A DNA stretch of 63,438 nucleotides, filler included, from Actinomycetota bacterium (GTDB lineage: Bacteria > Actinomycetota > CADDZG01 > JAHWKV01 > JAOPZY01), in NCBI GenBank assembly GCA_025963875.1. It is 6 parts of 6 records of this genome, joined end to end, with 100 filler letters (N's around TTAATTAATTAA, not from the genome) between each part and the next. Parts side by side here need not be neighbours in the genome. Positions count along the whole stretch, not along the records: positions 25,231 to 42,649 come from JAOPZY010000238.1; 5 more parts are not named here. One strand, written 5' to 3'. Within the stretch, counting starts at the first letter, position 1. Every line of letters starts with the position of its first letter. Shown here piece after piece: positions 27,520-37,160 of this stretch. The notes below the pieces were generated by a model, which worked only from the letters and a program-made list of their open reading frames with translations, made no database searches and was not told the DNA's origin. A program made the position numbers and the translations under genes.

Positions 27520-28889
27520 ATTCCCCGTGCGACGGGCTGCTCCAGCCGGGCTCCCGGCTGATCGACGCCGCGTCGGGCGAGACGATTGGTGGGGACGAGC
27601 TGCGGGCCAGGGTCGGCGTCGTCGCCACCCGGCTTGCCGACCTCCCGCCCGGCGCCCTGTTCGCCCGCACCTCGATCGACGTCCCGAGCATCCTGCGGTA
27701 CCTGGGCGCCCTCGAGGCCGGTCGGGCCGTGGCGTTACTGGACCCGAGCCTCGAGCCTCAGGTCCTGGCCGACCTGGTGCAACGCTTCCGGCCGGCAGCC
27801 GTCCTCGGCGGGGACGGCAAGCCGCCGCCCGGCTACCGGTCGGAGACGGCCGCCGGCGATGCCTGGGTCCGGGAGGACCGCGGCGGGATCGAGCCCCACC
27901 CCGATCTGGCGGTGCTGCTGGCGACCAGCGGCTCGACCGGCAACCCCAAGATGGTCCGCCTCTCCCGATCCGCGGTGCTCGCCAACGCCCGCTCGATCGC
28001 CGAGGCCCTCGGCATCGGCGGGGACGAGGTGGCGCCGACGACCCTGCCGCTGCACTACAGCTACGGCCTGTCGGTGCTGAACAGCCACCTCGCCGCCGGG
28101 GCGGCGGTCCTCGTGGACGGCTCCGGGATCATGGCGAGGACGTTCTGGCAGTCCGTCGACGCCCACGGCGCCACGTCGTTGGCCGGCGTCCCCTACCACT
28201 ACGAGATCCTGCGCCGCCTGCGGTTCTCGCCGGCCGCCCATCCGGGGCTCCGGACCCTGACCCAGGCCGGCGGCGCGCTGCGCCCTGACCTTGTCGTGGA
28301 GTTCGCCGCCCTGATGCACGAGGCAGGAGGCTGCCTGTTCGTCATGTACGGCCAGACGGAGGCCACGGCGAGGATGGCGGTCCTACCCCCCGACCGCCTC
28401 GGCGACCGGCTCGGGTCGGCCGGCGTCGCCATCCCGGGCGGATCCTTTACCATCGTCGATGGCGAGATCGTCTACGGGGGGCCGAACGTGATGATGGGCT
28501 ACGCCGAGACGGAGGCCGAGCTGGCCGGCGGCGACGAGCTCGGCGGCGTGCTCCGCACCGGGGACCTCGGCCACCTCGACGACGAAGGCTTTCTCCACGT
28601 GACGGGGAGGGTGAAACGGATCGGCAAGGTGTTCGGCGTGCGGGTCAACCTCGATGACCTCGAGCGGTGGCTCGCTGGCTCTGCCGGCGCCGCGGTCGTG
28701 CCGGGCGACGACAGGATCGCCGTCTTCCTCGTGGACGCCGACGAGGCCGCCCGTACCGCAGCCGCAAAGGAGCTCGCCGCCCGCCTGCACACCCGGTCCG
28801 ACGCCTTCGATGTCCGCACGGTCGACGCGCTCCCCCGGCTGCCGAGCGGCAAGGTCGACTACCGCCTCCTCGAGGCCCAGCTCCGGTGA
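27516..28889 (+). CDS. AMP-binding (ANL family) acyl-activating enzyme
   Basis: TSGSTGNPK, LPLHYSYGLS, MYGQTEA, LRTGDLG, GRVKR, SGKVDY. TTGA overlap with the SDR stop. Confidence 0.92.
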   Translation: MNSPCDGLLQPGSRLIDAASGETIGGDELRARVGVVATRLADLPPGALFARTSIDVPSILRYLGALEAGRAVALLDPSLEPQVLADLVQRFRPAAVLGGDGKPPPGYRSETAAGDAWVREDRGGIEPHPDLAVLLATSGSTGNPKMVRLSRSAVLANARSIAEALGIGGDEVAPTTLPLHYSYGLSVLNSHLAAGAAVLVDGSGIMARTFWQSVDAHGATSLAGVPYHYEILRRLRFSPAAHPGLRTLTQAGGALRPDLVVEFAALMHEAGGCLFVMYGQTEATARMAVLPPDRLGDRLGSAGVAIPGGSFTIVDGEIVYGGPNVMMGYAETEAELAGGDELGGVLRTGDLGHLDDEGFLHVTGRVKRIGKVFGVRVNLDDLERWLAGSAGAAVVPGDDRIAVFLVDADEAARTAAAKELAARLHTRSDAFDVRTVDALPRLPSGKVDYRLLEAQLR

Positions 28890-28892
28890 GCG

Positions 28893-29945
28893 GTGAGCGG
28901 TGACGACGGCATGAGCGGCCAGGCCGGGCGCGAGGCCGCCCTGCTCCCCGTCCTGGCGGAGCTGACCCGCCACCACCGGCGGGCCTGCCCGCCCTACGAC
29001 CGCATCCTCGCCGCCCTCGGGGTCCCCGCGGACCGACCCTGGGCCTCGATCGCCGAACTCCCCTGGTTGCCGGTGGGGCTGTTCAAGCGCCACGCCCTGA
29101 AGAGCATCCCGGACGAGGAGGTCTTCCGGGTCCTCTCCTCTTCGGGGACCACGGGCGCCGAGCCCGCCCGCATCTACCTCGACCGGGCCACCGCCGCCGC
29201 ACAGGGGCGGGCGCTGGCAAGCGCGATGGCGCCCGTGCTGGGTTCGAAACGCCTCCCCATGCTGATCGTCGACTCGGCTGCGGTGACGAGGAGCGGTTCG
29301 GCCAGGGGGGCCGGCGTCCTGGGGATGGCCACCTTCGGGCGGGACCACGTGTACGCCCTCGACGCCGATGGCCGGCCCGATGCCGCCGCGGTCGCCGGCT
29401 TCCTCACCCGCCACGGCGGCGGCCCCTTCCTCACCTTCGGGTTCACGTTCATGGTGTGGCTCTACCTGTACGAGCTGGCCGTCGAGCACCGCTTCGATCT
29501 CTCCAACGGGGTGCTCATCCATTCGGGAGGCTGGAAGCGCCTCGAAGAACGGTCGGTGGACAACGCCACGCTGCGCCGACGGTTCGCCGAGGACACGGGC
29601 CTCAGCCGGATCCACAACTACTACGGCATGGTGGAGCAACTCGGCTCGGTCTTCGTCGAGGGGCCATCGGGGGACGGGCTCTACTGCCCCGATGCCGCGG
29701 ACGTCGTCATCCGGGACCCCCTGACCTGGGCATCGCAGCCCACCGGGGTCCCCGGCCTCATCGAGGTGGTGAGCATCCTCCCGAGGTCCTACCCCGGCCA
29801 CGTCCTGCTCACGGACGACGTCGGTGTGGTGGACGGCGTCGACGACGGGGACCGGCCGGGCAAGCGCTTCCGGGTCCTGGGACGCCTTCCCCGCGCCGAG
29901 CCGCGCGGCTGCAGCGACACCTACGCCGAGCCGGCCAGACGGTGA
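28893..29945 (+). CDS. LuxE-family acyl-protein synthetase
   Basis: LPWLPVGLFK, SSSGTTG, FGFTF, HSGGWK, NYYGMVE, SYPGHVLLTDD.G, LGRLPRAEPRGCSD. Confidence 0.88.
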   Translation: MSGDDGMSGQAGREAALLPVLAELTRHHRRACPPYDRILAALGVPADRPWASIAELPWLPVGLFKRHALKSIPDEEVFRVLSSSGTTGAEPARIYLDRATAAAQGRALASAMAPVLGSKRLPMLIVDSAAVTRSGSARGAGVLGMATFGRDHVYALDADGRPDAAAVAGFLTRHGGGPFLTFGFTFMVWLYLYELAVEHRFDLSNGVLIHSGGWKRLEERSVDNATLRRRFAEDTGLSRIHNYYGMVEQLGSVFVEGPSGDGLYCPDAADVVIRDPLTWASQPTGVPGLIEVVSILPRSYPGHVLLTDDVGVVDGVDDGDRPGKRFRVLGRLPRAEPRGCSDTYAEPARR

Positions 29946-31186
29946 TCCAGCAGCGCTTCCCCGCCGCCGGCGACATCGAGGCCCCCGTGCTGCTGGAGGA
30001 GCTGGGGGTCGAGCCCGACGGCGGCCCGCTCACGGTCGGCGACCCGCGCGTCGTCGACTTCCTCGCTGGCTTCGCCGGCCGCCTGCTCACCCCCGGCGGG
30101 GTGCGCAGGTTCCCGGAGCTCGCATCGCTGGGGTTCTTCCTGCGCCGGGCCGAGATCACCCGGACGCTCGATCGCCTGGGGGGAGACGGCACGGGGTTGC
30201 GGTTCCCCCGCGGGCTCGTCTTCCACGTGCCGCCCGCCAACGTGGACACGATCTTCGTGTACTCCTGGGCCCTGTCCGCGCTCGCGGGCAACCGCAACGT
30301 GGTGAGGATCTCGCCCCGGGCGGCGGGGGCGGCGGAACGGGCGCTCGAGGCGCTGAACGAGGCACTCGCCGAGGCGCACCCGGCCGTCCGCCGGACCCAG
30401 CGGATGGTCACGTACGGCCACGACGACGCCGTCACCGCCGCACTGTCCGCTGCCTGCGACCTGCGGGTGATCTGGGGTGGTGACCGCTCCGTGACCGAGG
30501 TGCGCCGCCATCCCCTGGCGCCGCGGGCGCGGGACCTGACCTTTCCGGACCGCACGTCCTTCGCAGCCATCTCCGTCTCCGGCTGGCAGCAGGCGTCCGA
30601 GGCCACACGCGCGGAGGCGGCCCTGGGCTTCTTCAACGACGCCTACTGGTTCGACCAGGCAGCCTGCGCCTCCCCGAGGGCGCTGTTCTGGCTCGGCGAG
30701 GACGACGCTGCCCTGGTGGCCAGGGGCGAGTTCTTCGCCCACCTGCGCCGCGCGGTCGACGCCCGGCGCTACGTTACCGAGCCCGCGATGGCGGTGCAGA
30801 AGCGGGTGGCGGCCTACGGAGCCGCCGCCGACGGCCTCCTGCGGTCGATCCGGCTCCTAGGCAATGAGATCGCCATGCTGGAGCTCGTGGATGCCGCAGC
30901 CCTGCCGATGGGCTGGATGGGGGCGGGCACGTTCCCCCAGGCGACGGTGGCCGGCCTCGACGCCCTGGCGGCGGTCGTCGGCCCCAAGGACCAGACGTGC
31001 AGCTACTTCGGGTTCGGCCCCGGCGAGCTCGACCGGCTCGCGCACCTCCTCGGGGGCCGGGGGATCGACCGCGTGGTGCCCTTCGGCTCGGCGCTTTCCT
31101 TCTCGGCCGTCTGGGACGGCTACGACCTGCTCGCCGAGCTCACCCGGCTCACGGTGCTGGAGCCGCCGGCGGCATCAAGGGGCTGA
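29942..31186 (+). CDS. LuxC-family acyl-CoA/acyl-protein reductase
   Basis: PRGLVFHVPPANV, LAGNRNVVR, RVIWGGD, FPDRTS, FDQAACASP (catalytic Cys), GIDRVVPFG, WDG. Confidence 0.88.
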   Translation: MIQQRFPAAGDIEAPVLLEELGVEPDGGPLTVGDPRVVDFLAGFAGRLLTPGGVRRFPELASLGFFLRRAEITRTLDRLGGDGTGLRFPRGLVFHVPPANVDTIFVYSWALSALAGNRNVVRISPRAAGAAERALEALNEALAEAHPAVRRTQRMVTYGHDDAVTAALSAACDLRVIWGGDRSVTEVRRHPLAPRARDLTFPDRTSFAAISVSGWQQASEATRAEAALGFFNDAYWFDQAACASPRALFWLGEDDAALVARGEFFAHLRRAVDARRYVTEPAMAVQKRVAAYGAAADGLLRSIRLLGNEIAMLELVDAAALPMGWMGAGTFPQATVAGLDALAAVVGPKDQTCSYFGFGPGELDRLAHLLGGRGIDRVVPFGSALSFSAVWDGYDLLAELTRLTVLEPPAASRG

Positions 31187-32325
31187 AACCGGAAGGACCG
31201 GGGACTGAACGCCTCGGCGACCGCGTCGACGATCCGGCCGAGGTCGAGATGGGTCAGCCCCGGCCGCACCGGGAGGGAGAGGACCTCCCCCGCCAGAGCC
31301 TCGGCCCGCGGGCAGGGATCCAGCGACACCCCGGGATGGTCCCGGTAGCAGGGATAGTCGTACACGGCCCGGGGATAGATGACGGCCGACTCCACGCCGC
31401 GGCGGTCGAGGTGCGCCATCAGCTCGGCGCGCTCCAGAGGGCTCGCCGAGGTCACCCGGATGGTGTAGAGGTGAAAGACGTGCTCGCGCCCGGGGGCGGA
31501 TGGCGGCAGGACGATGCCGGGCAGGCCGGCCAGGCCCTCGGTGAGGAAGCGGGCGTTGGCCTGCCGCTGGTCGGTGATGCGATCCAGCCGGGCGAGCTGC
31601 GGCACGCCGACGGCAGCCTGCAGGTCGGTCATGCGGTAGTTGTGGCCCACCGCCTCGTAGGCGTAGCGGTCGCGCATGCCCTGACCTCGCAGCAACCGGA
31701 TGCGGGCTGCGACACCGGCGTCGTCCGTGGTGACCACCCCGCCCTCGCCCGTGGTCACGTTCTTGGTCGCGTACAGGGAGAAGCAGCCGGTGCCGAACGA
31801 GCCGGCCCGGCGGCCGTCGATGCTCGCCCCGACCGCCTGGGCCGCGTCCTCGACCACGGCGGCCCCCGCAGCGGCGGCAAGGGGTTCGATCGCTCCCATG
31901 TCGGCGGGGTAGCCGTAGAGATGCACCGGCAGCACCGCCCTCACCGGCCGGTCAACAGGGCGGTCCAGCGCCCGGGCCAGCTCGGCGGGGTCCATCGTGA
32001 GGTCGTCGCCGACGTCGGCGAACCGGGCGGTGGCCCCGACCTGGAGGATGGCGTTGAGCGTGGCCCCGAACGTGAGCGGGCTGGTCACCACCTCGTCCCC
32101 GGGGCCGACCCCCAGCGCCTGCAGGGCGGCAACGAGGGCGACCGTCCCGGAGCTGACGGCAACGGCGTGGGCAGTGCCGGTGAGCTGTGCGAAGGCGGCC
32201 TCGAGGCGTCCCACCATCGGACCCTGGGCGAGCATCCCCGAGCGGAGGACCTCCAGGACCAGCCGCTCCTCCTCCCTCCCGACGACGACCCGCGAGAGGC
32301 TGATCCGTGAAAGGGCTGCGCTCAT
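31120..32325 (-). CDS. DegT/DnrJ/EryC1/StrS aminotransferase
   Basis: SSGTVAL, GPGDEV, PVHLYG, EDAAQA, FSLYATKNVTTGEGG, GHNYRMTDLQAA. The 3' end overlaps the luxC-like gene. Confidence 0.95.
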   Translation of the reverse strand: MSAALSRISLSRVVVGREEERLVLEVLRSGMLAQGPMVGRLEAAFAQLTGTAHAVAVSSGTVALVAALQALGVGPGDEVVTSPLTFGATLNAILQVGATARFADVGDDLTMDPAELARALDRPVDRPVRAVLPVHLYGYPADMGAIEPLAAAAGAAVVEDAAQAVGASIDGRRAGSFGTGCFSLYATKNVTTGEGGVVTTDDAGVAARIRLLRGQGMRDRYAYEAVGHNYRMTDLQAAVGVPQLARLDRITDQRQANARFLTEGLAGLPGIVLPPSAPGREHVFHLYTIRVTSASPLERAELMAHLDRRGVESAVIYPRAVYDYPCYRDHPGVSLDPCPRAEALAGEVLSLPVRPGLTHLDLGRIVDAVAEAFSPRSFRFQPLDAAGGSSTVSRVSSASRS

Positions 32326-33338
32326 GCCGGCACCGCCTGCACGAGGCCCCCGATGGCCTGGTCCTGCACCAGGGCCACGGCCTCGTGGGGCGCCAGCAGG
32401 CTCGCCCGCTCCAGCTCGGGATCGGCCTCGCCCCGCACCAGCGCCATGAAATGGGCAAGCTGCAGCGCGAGGGGCTCGCCGGCCTCGCGGACGAACGGCA
32501 GGTCCATCACCGTCTGGGCCCGGTAGCCGGCATCGCCGAGGGCGGTCAGATGGCCGACGTGCTGGTAGACGGTGATCGTGCGGCGCAGCAGGTCGAGCTC
32601 CAGCATGGCCCGTTCGGTGGCCACGCTGAGCGACCGTACCTTGCGCTGGCTCATCCGGCTCGCCGAGCAGGTCGCGACGGTCCCGCCCTCCAGCAGCAGC
32701 GTGCAGTCGGCGATCTCCTCGGTCCCCGTCCACGGCGACGTCCAGATCCCGCCGACCGCCTGGCCGGTCCACCCGCCGGCGCAGAGCCGCAGCGAGAGAT
32801 CGACGTCGTGGATCAGCAGGTCGTGCACGACGGAAAGACCGCCGGCGGGCTGGTTATCATTCGGCGCCTTGAGGGGCGCCTCGGGCGGCGGCGAGTGGCG
32901 GATCCCCACCAGGTGCAGCGCAGGACCGAAGTCGTCGTGCATCAGCCGCTCCGCCGTCTTGACCACCGGGTTGAAGCGCTCCACGAAGCCGCAGGTCACC
33001 GGTACGCCGAGGCTGTGGGAGGTCCCGACGATGATCCGTGCCTCCTCCAGCGACGGCGACAGCGGCTTTTCGATGAGGAGGGGGATGCCGGCGCTCAGCA
33101 GATCGGCGGCGACCTCCCAGTGGGTCTCGGCATTGGTCGCCACGATGGCGGCATCGCAGCCGAGGGCGAGGTCGGGGTCGGCGCCGTGCCGGGCACCCGC
33201 CAGCGATGCGACCAGCTCGGCCCGGCCCGGGTCCCGGTCGATGACCACGTCGAGGGCGACCCCCGGCGACTGGGAGATCACGCGGGCGTGATGGGCACCC
33301 ATCCGGCCCGCCCCGATCAACGCCAGGCGCATGCTCAT
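32322..33338 (-). CDS. Gfo/Idh/MocA oxidoreductase (nucleotide-sugar dehydrogenase-like)
   Basis: IGAGRMG..H, LIEKP, GFVERFNP, DLLIHDVD, ASR...KVR. Confidence 0.92.
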   Translation of the reverse strand: MSMRLALIGAGRMGAHHARVISQSPGVALDVVIDRDPGRAELVASLAGARHGADPDLALGCDAAIVATNAETHWEVAADLLSAGIPLLIEKPLSPSLEEARIIVGTSHSLGVPVTCGFVERFNPVVKTAERLMHDDFGPALHLVGIRHSPPPEAPLKAPNDNQPAGGLSVVHDLLIHDVDLSLRLCAGGWTGQAVGGIWTSPWTGTEEIADCTLLLEGGTVATCSASRMSQRKVRSLSVATERAMLELDLLRRTITVYQHVGHLTALGDAGYRAQTVMDLPFVREAGEPLALQLAHFMALVRGEADPELERASLLAPHEAVALVQDQAIGGLVQAVPA

Positions 33339-35407
33339 AGCACCGCCGGGACTAGAAGAAGGAGCTCCGCCAGTTCGGGGTGGCCCTTTGCCTGTGCTCG
33401 CTCCGCGATCCGTCCCAGGATCTCGCCGTCGAGCCTGCCGGCATAAGGCACGAGGTCACGGAAGGTGCCGGGCAGCCCGGAAAGCAGCGCCGCGACCAGG
33501 CCGACCCGCACGCCTTCCGGGTGCGCGCCTCCCTGGGTGCAGTAGGCGAGGCAGAACCGGGCGGTGGCGGCGGGGGCGAGCTTCCCCAGGACCGGCGCGA
33601 AGAACTGCCCGGTGGGGTCCCGCAAGGCGAGATCCAGCAGCATGCGCTCTCCGGCCTCGGGGGGGAGCGTCGCCGCGGCGTCTGCCAGGTCCGGCCATGC
33701 AGCGAAGCCCAGGGGCGACAGGGAGAGGGCGTCGACCGCCGCTGCGAGCGCCTCGTCGAGACGGCCGAGCCTAGCGAGGGCAACCGCCTCGAGCGAGCCG
33801 ACAGCGGCGCGAGCCTCGTCGCTGCGGAAGGTCGGCGTGGCCGAGGACGTCTGCCGCCGCCGTTCCTGCATGTCCAGCACCTCCTGGGGCCGTCCGAGCT
33901 GCAGCGCCGCCTCCGCGAACACCTTGGCGGCCAGGTCGTCGGCAGGCACCAGCGCCACCACCTGGCGGGCCCGGAAGAGCGCGGCCGCGGGGTCCCCGAG
34001 GGCCAGGGCGTCCTCGGCGAGCGACGTGAGCACGAAGGCAAGGAATCCCCGGTTGTTCTCCACGGAGTACTGGTGGTCCTCGAACGCCGCGAGGATGCCG
34101 GCCATCAGCCGGGACGACTCGTGGCGGTCCCCCCCCGAGAGCTTGATCGACCTGGCGTACTCGAGGGAGTTCTTCGGCGTGGGGTCGGCCTCGAACATCG
34201 TCCGGGTCAGCCGGAGGTTGCGGTCGACCTTCCCGCGCTGAGCCATGACGTCGGTCTGGTATCCGAGGTGGACGACCATCAGCTGCGCCATGAAGGGCGG
34301 CTTCGGCTGTTCCATGGTCTCGATGTCGACGAGCGACTCGTGGATCGGGCGCACGAACCGGTAGCGGCCGGTCGCACGGTGGATGCGGGTGGACGTGAAC
34401 GCCGACGAGGAGGGCGCATCGAGGGCGTCGCGGTTCTCCACCGCGACCCCGAACGCCTCGTACTCTCCCACGTAGGTCGCAAGCATCCGCCGCAGCGCCA
34501 CCGGGTCGGGACACAGCACCCGGTCGTCGGCGTCGATGGTGAGCAGCCACCACGCCCCCGTCGCCTCGGCCTCGATCAGGCTCTCGTTGCGCGCCCACGC
34601 GAAGTCGTCCCGCCACTCCCGGTGGATCACGGTCGCCCCCATGCTCCGGGCCACCTCGACAGTGCGATCGGTGGACCCCGTGTCGCAGATCACGGTTCCG
34701 TCGACGAGGCCCTCGATCGACGCCAGCAGGCCCGGAAGCATCTGCTCCTCGTCGCGCACGATCATCGAGGCGATGAGCAGCGGCCGCCCGTCCGGGCCGG
34801 TGGGGCGGAGAAGGCTCGCCGTGCACGTGGAGTCGTGCGCGACGACCGCCCGGGGAGCGATGGTCACCGGCAGCTCGATCAGCTCCAGCCGCAGGCGGGG
34901 GTCGACGATGTGGGAGCCCGCCACCAGCGCCATGTCCTCCCGGCCGGCGAGCAGGCACGAGGGGCGCACGACGCGTGGCGACGGCGCCGTCCCGAGGGTC
35001 GCCGCCCTCTCCCGGAGGCGGCCGGCCGCTTGGCGGCCCTCGGGCAGCGGACCGCAGAAGTGGTCCATGCCGACGTCGTTGGACCAGGGGACGACGAAGC
35101 CGCCCTTGCGGGCAAGCTCGGCCATCATCCGGTCGAGGTTCGGCGCGGTGAGGAGGACGTCGTCGTGGATGAACAGCACCGGTCCGGAGCTTGCGGCCTC
35201 CAGCGCCGAGCGCAGGGCCTCGGAGCCAACGCCCGGGACCACCCGGACGCCGGGGATGCCCCTGCAGCCGGCGGCGGCATCGGCCCCGGGGAGGAGGGCT
35301 GCCACGACGGTGACGCCCCGGCTTCCGGCAAGGGCTCTCGCTCGCCGGACGGCGCCGAGGGTGACGGCGTCGGGTCCGTAGGCGGCGACGATGATCGAAG
35401 GTCTCAT
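33335..35407 (-). CDS. GT2 glycosyltransferase with TPR-like helical C-terminus (putative flagellin glycosyltransferase)
   Basis: SMIVRDEE, DTGSTDRT, WRDDFAWARN, IDADD, IHE, HLGY...K..RN. A degenerate second GT2-like region lies at the N-terminus. Confidence 0.85.
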   Translation of the reverse strand: MRPSIIVAAYGPDAVTLGAVRRARALAGSRGVTVVAALLPGADAAAGCRGIPGVRVVPGVGSEALRSALEAASSGPVLFIHDDVLLTAPNLDRMMAELARKGGFVVPWSNDVGMDHFCGPLPEGRQAAGRLRERAATLGTAPSPRVVRPSCLLAGREDMALVAGSHIVDPRLRLELIELPVTIAPRAVVAHDSTCTASLLRPTGPDGRPLLIASMIVRDEEQMLPGLLASIEGLVDGTVICDTGSTDRTVEVARSMGATVIHREWRDDFAWARNESLIEAEATGAWWLLTIDADDRVLCPDPVALRRMLATYVGEYEAFGVAVENRDALDAPSSSAFTSTRIHRATGRYRFVRPIHESLVDIETMEQPKPPFMAQLMVVHLGYQTDVMAQRGKVDRNLRLTRTMFEADPTPKNSLEYARSIKLSGGDRHESSRLMAGILAAFEDHQYSVENNRGFLAFVLTSLAEDALALGDPAAALFRARQVVALVPADDLAAKVFAEAALQLGRPQEVLDMQERRRQTSSATPTFRSDEARAAVGSLEAVALARLGRLDEALAAAVDALSLSPLGFAAWPDLADAAATLPPEAGERMLLDLALRDPTGQFFAPVLGKLAPAATARFCLAYCTQGGAHPEGVRVGLVAALLSGLPGTFRDLVPYAGRLDGEILGRIAERAQAKGHPELAELLLLVPAVL

Positions 35408-35691
35408 CGCGGCACCTCCTTGTTGGCGGCGTTGCTGGGCGCCTTATTGCCGGCGTTGCCGGGCGCCTCGCTGGCAGGCGCTGCGGGGGGAGCAGCCTGG
35501 GCGGAGTCGGCGATCCAGCCGACGCCCCATGTGGCGACGCGGGCCAGGAACATGACGGTGCCGAGCGTGATGCCCGAGCGCACCGCCGCCACCTGCAGGG
35601 TGACGTTGCCGGCGATGAGCATGAGCGCCGTGGGGATCAGCGCAAGCAGGCCGAGCGTGCCGGCGGCCCTGCGAATGGGTCCCGCCTTCAT
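35404..35691 (-). CDS. 95-aa hypothetical membrane protein
   Basis: Two hydrophobic segments. ATGA overlaps with both neighbours. Confidence 0.7.
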   Translation of the reverse strand: MKAGPIRRAAGTLGLLALIPTALMLIAGNVTLQVAAVRSGITLGTVMFLARVATWGVGWIADSAQAAPPAAPASEAPGNAGNKAPSNAANKEVPR

Positions 35692-37160
35692 CGCCGTGCC
35701 ACGAGGGCGCGCACCGCGAGCGCGACCTCGATCGGCGTTGCGCGCAGTGCCCGCCCGGCGTCGTCGGGTTTGAAGTAGCCCAGCGGGACGCCGAGCTCGG
35801 TGGCGAGGCGCAGGGCGCCCAGCAGGGCGTCGGCGCCGACCCACGAGACGGCCTTCGGGTGCAGGTCCAGGAAGGCTTTGGCGTCGAGGGGCCCCACCAC
35901 GAGGTGGGTCCACCGGTCCCTGCGCACGCGCTCGAACCACCGGCGGGAATCCGCGTCGTCCTGGATCGAGCAGCAGATGCTGCCCCGTTTCGGCCCCCGG
36001 TCGGGGCGATGCAGCGCCTCCAGGCGGAGGGGCTTGGCGAGCTGCCCGGCCAGGGCACCCACCAGGGCAACGTCCCCGTCGGGAAGGGGCGTGCACAGCG
36101 TGCGGACCGAGGCAGCGAGGACCCGGATCCAGGCCAGGTCGTCCCCGGGTCTGGCGTCGAGCAGGGGGCGGATGAAGGAGAACGGGAGCCCGAGACGGAC
36201 CAGCTCGTCGGCGCTCCATGCCACCCCCCCGGTTCCGGGCGCATCGCCGGGCGCCGAGCTGCCCAGGTCCGGGGCGAGGTCGGGGGCGAGGTCCGGCAGG
36301 GGATCGAACAGGACGGGAGACGCCACCGGCGCTGGCTCTGGCGCCGGCTGTGCCTGCGGCATGCCAAAGAGTGGTGCGAGGACGACCGCTGGCTCCGCGG
36401 CGGGGGTCGTATCGAGAAGAGGGCTCGCCGCTTCGGAGAGTGGGACGTCGCTCGGAGCGAGCTGGGCAGGGCCCTCCTGCGCCAACGGGTCGTTCAGCAG
36501 GGGGAAGCCCCACGAGGCGTCCAGCACGGTGAGGCGCGGCGGCACGGGCGACGGCAGCTCGGCGGGGGGCAGCTGCGGTTCTGCCGGCACCGGGCTGTCC
36601 GCCGGTTCGTTGCCGGCGCCCGGTGGCGTGGGCGCCTCGATGCCGAGCTGGCGCCGCAGGGCCTCGCCGAACGTCGGCTCCCCCTCGGGCGGCGCCGCCG
36701 GCGCAGCCGGTTCGGCCATCCGCTCCGACAGCAGGGCACGGAGATGGGCGGGCATCTCCGTTGCCGCGTAGAGCGCCGGGGCCTCCGGTTGCGAGCTCCG
36801 TGGTGCCGCGGCGGGCCGGCCGCTGCCGTTGAGTAGCGAGGCCATCGCCGACTCGGCGCGCCCGATGGAAGCCGGGGCGGCCGGGGCCGCTGAGGCCAGG
36901 CGGGGCGGGGCGGCCGGGGCGGGGCGGGGCGGGTTGCGGGCGCTGAGCTGGACCATCTCCCTGGCGAAGAAGCCGCCAACCCCGCCGCGGGCAACCTTGC
37001 CGGCGGCGACGATCTCGACGTCGGGGCCGAGCAGCGACGAGAGGCGGTCCAACGCCTCCTCGGCCGTCGGCGACTCGACGAGGAGCAGATCGCCGTCTTC
37101 CCGGACGGTGGTCCGCTCGGAGCTGGCGTCGGTGGGGTGCTTAGACCGCAGCATGGGCAT
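35688..37160 (-). CDS. FlhF-like protein lacking a canonical GTPase domain
   Basis: N-terminus EEAL....LGPDVEIVAAGKV..GGVGGFF matches the FlhF B-domain start. Lies directly after flhA. No GxxGxGKT. Confidence 0.6.
   Translation of the reverse strand: MPMLRSKHPTDASSERTTVREDGDLLLVESPTAEEALDRLSSLLGPDVEIVAAGKVARGGVGGFFAREMVQLSARNPPRPAPAAPPRLASAAPAAPASIGRAESAMASLLNGSGRPAAAPRSSQPEAPALYAATEMPAHLRALLSERMAEPAAPAAPPEGEPTFGEALRRQLGIEAPTPPGAGNEPADSPVPAEPQLPPAELPSPVPPRLTVLDASWGFPLLNDPLAQEGPAQLAPSDVPLSEAASPLLDTTPAAEPAVVLAPLFGMPQAQPAPEPAPVASPVLFDPLPDLAPDLAPDLGSSAPGDAPGTGGVAWSADELVRLGLPFSFIRPLLDARPGDDLAWIRVLAASVRTLCTPLPDGDVALVGALAGQLAKPLRLEALHRPDRGPKRGSICCSIQDDADSRRWFERVRRDRWTHLVVGPLDAKAFLDLHPKAVSWVGADALLGALRLATELGVPLGYFKPDDAGRALRATPIEVALAVRALVARR

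Noticed and set aside
28893..31186. Bioluminescence operon
   Set aside because: No luxA/B/D adjacent. The LLM-class genes in the window are on other contigs and look like generic oxidoreductases.
31120..31186. 67-nt convergent overlap of the luxC-like and DegT genes
   Set aside because: Both tails lie beyond the conserved domains. Stop-codon drift is common in high-GC DNA.
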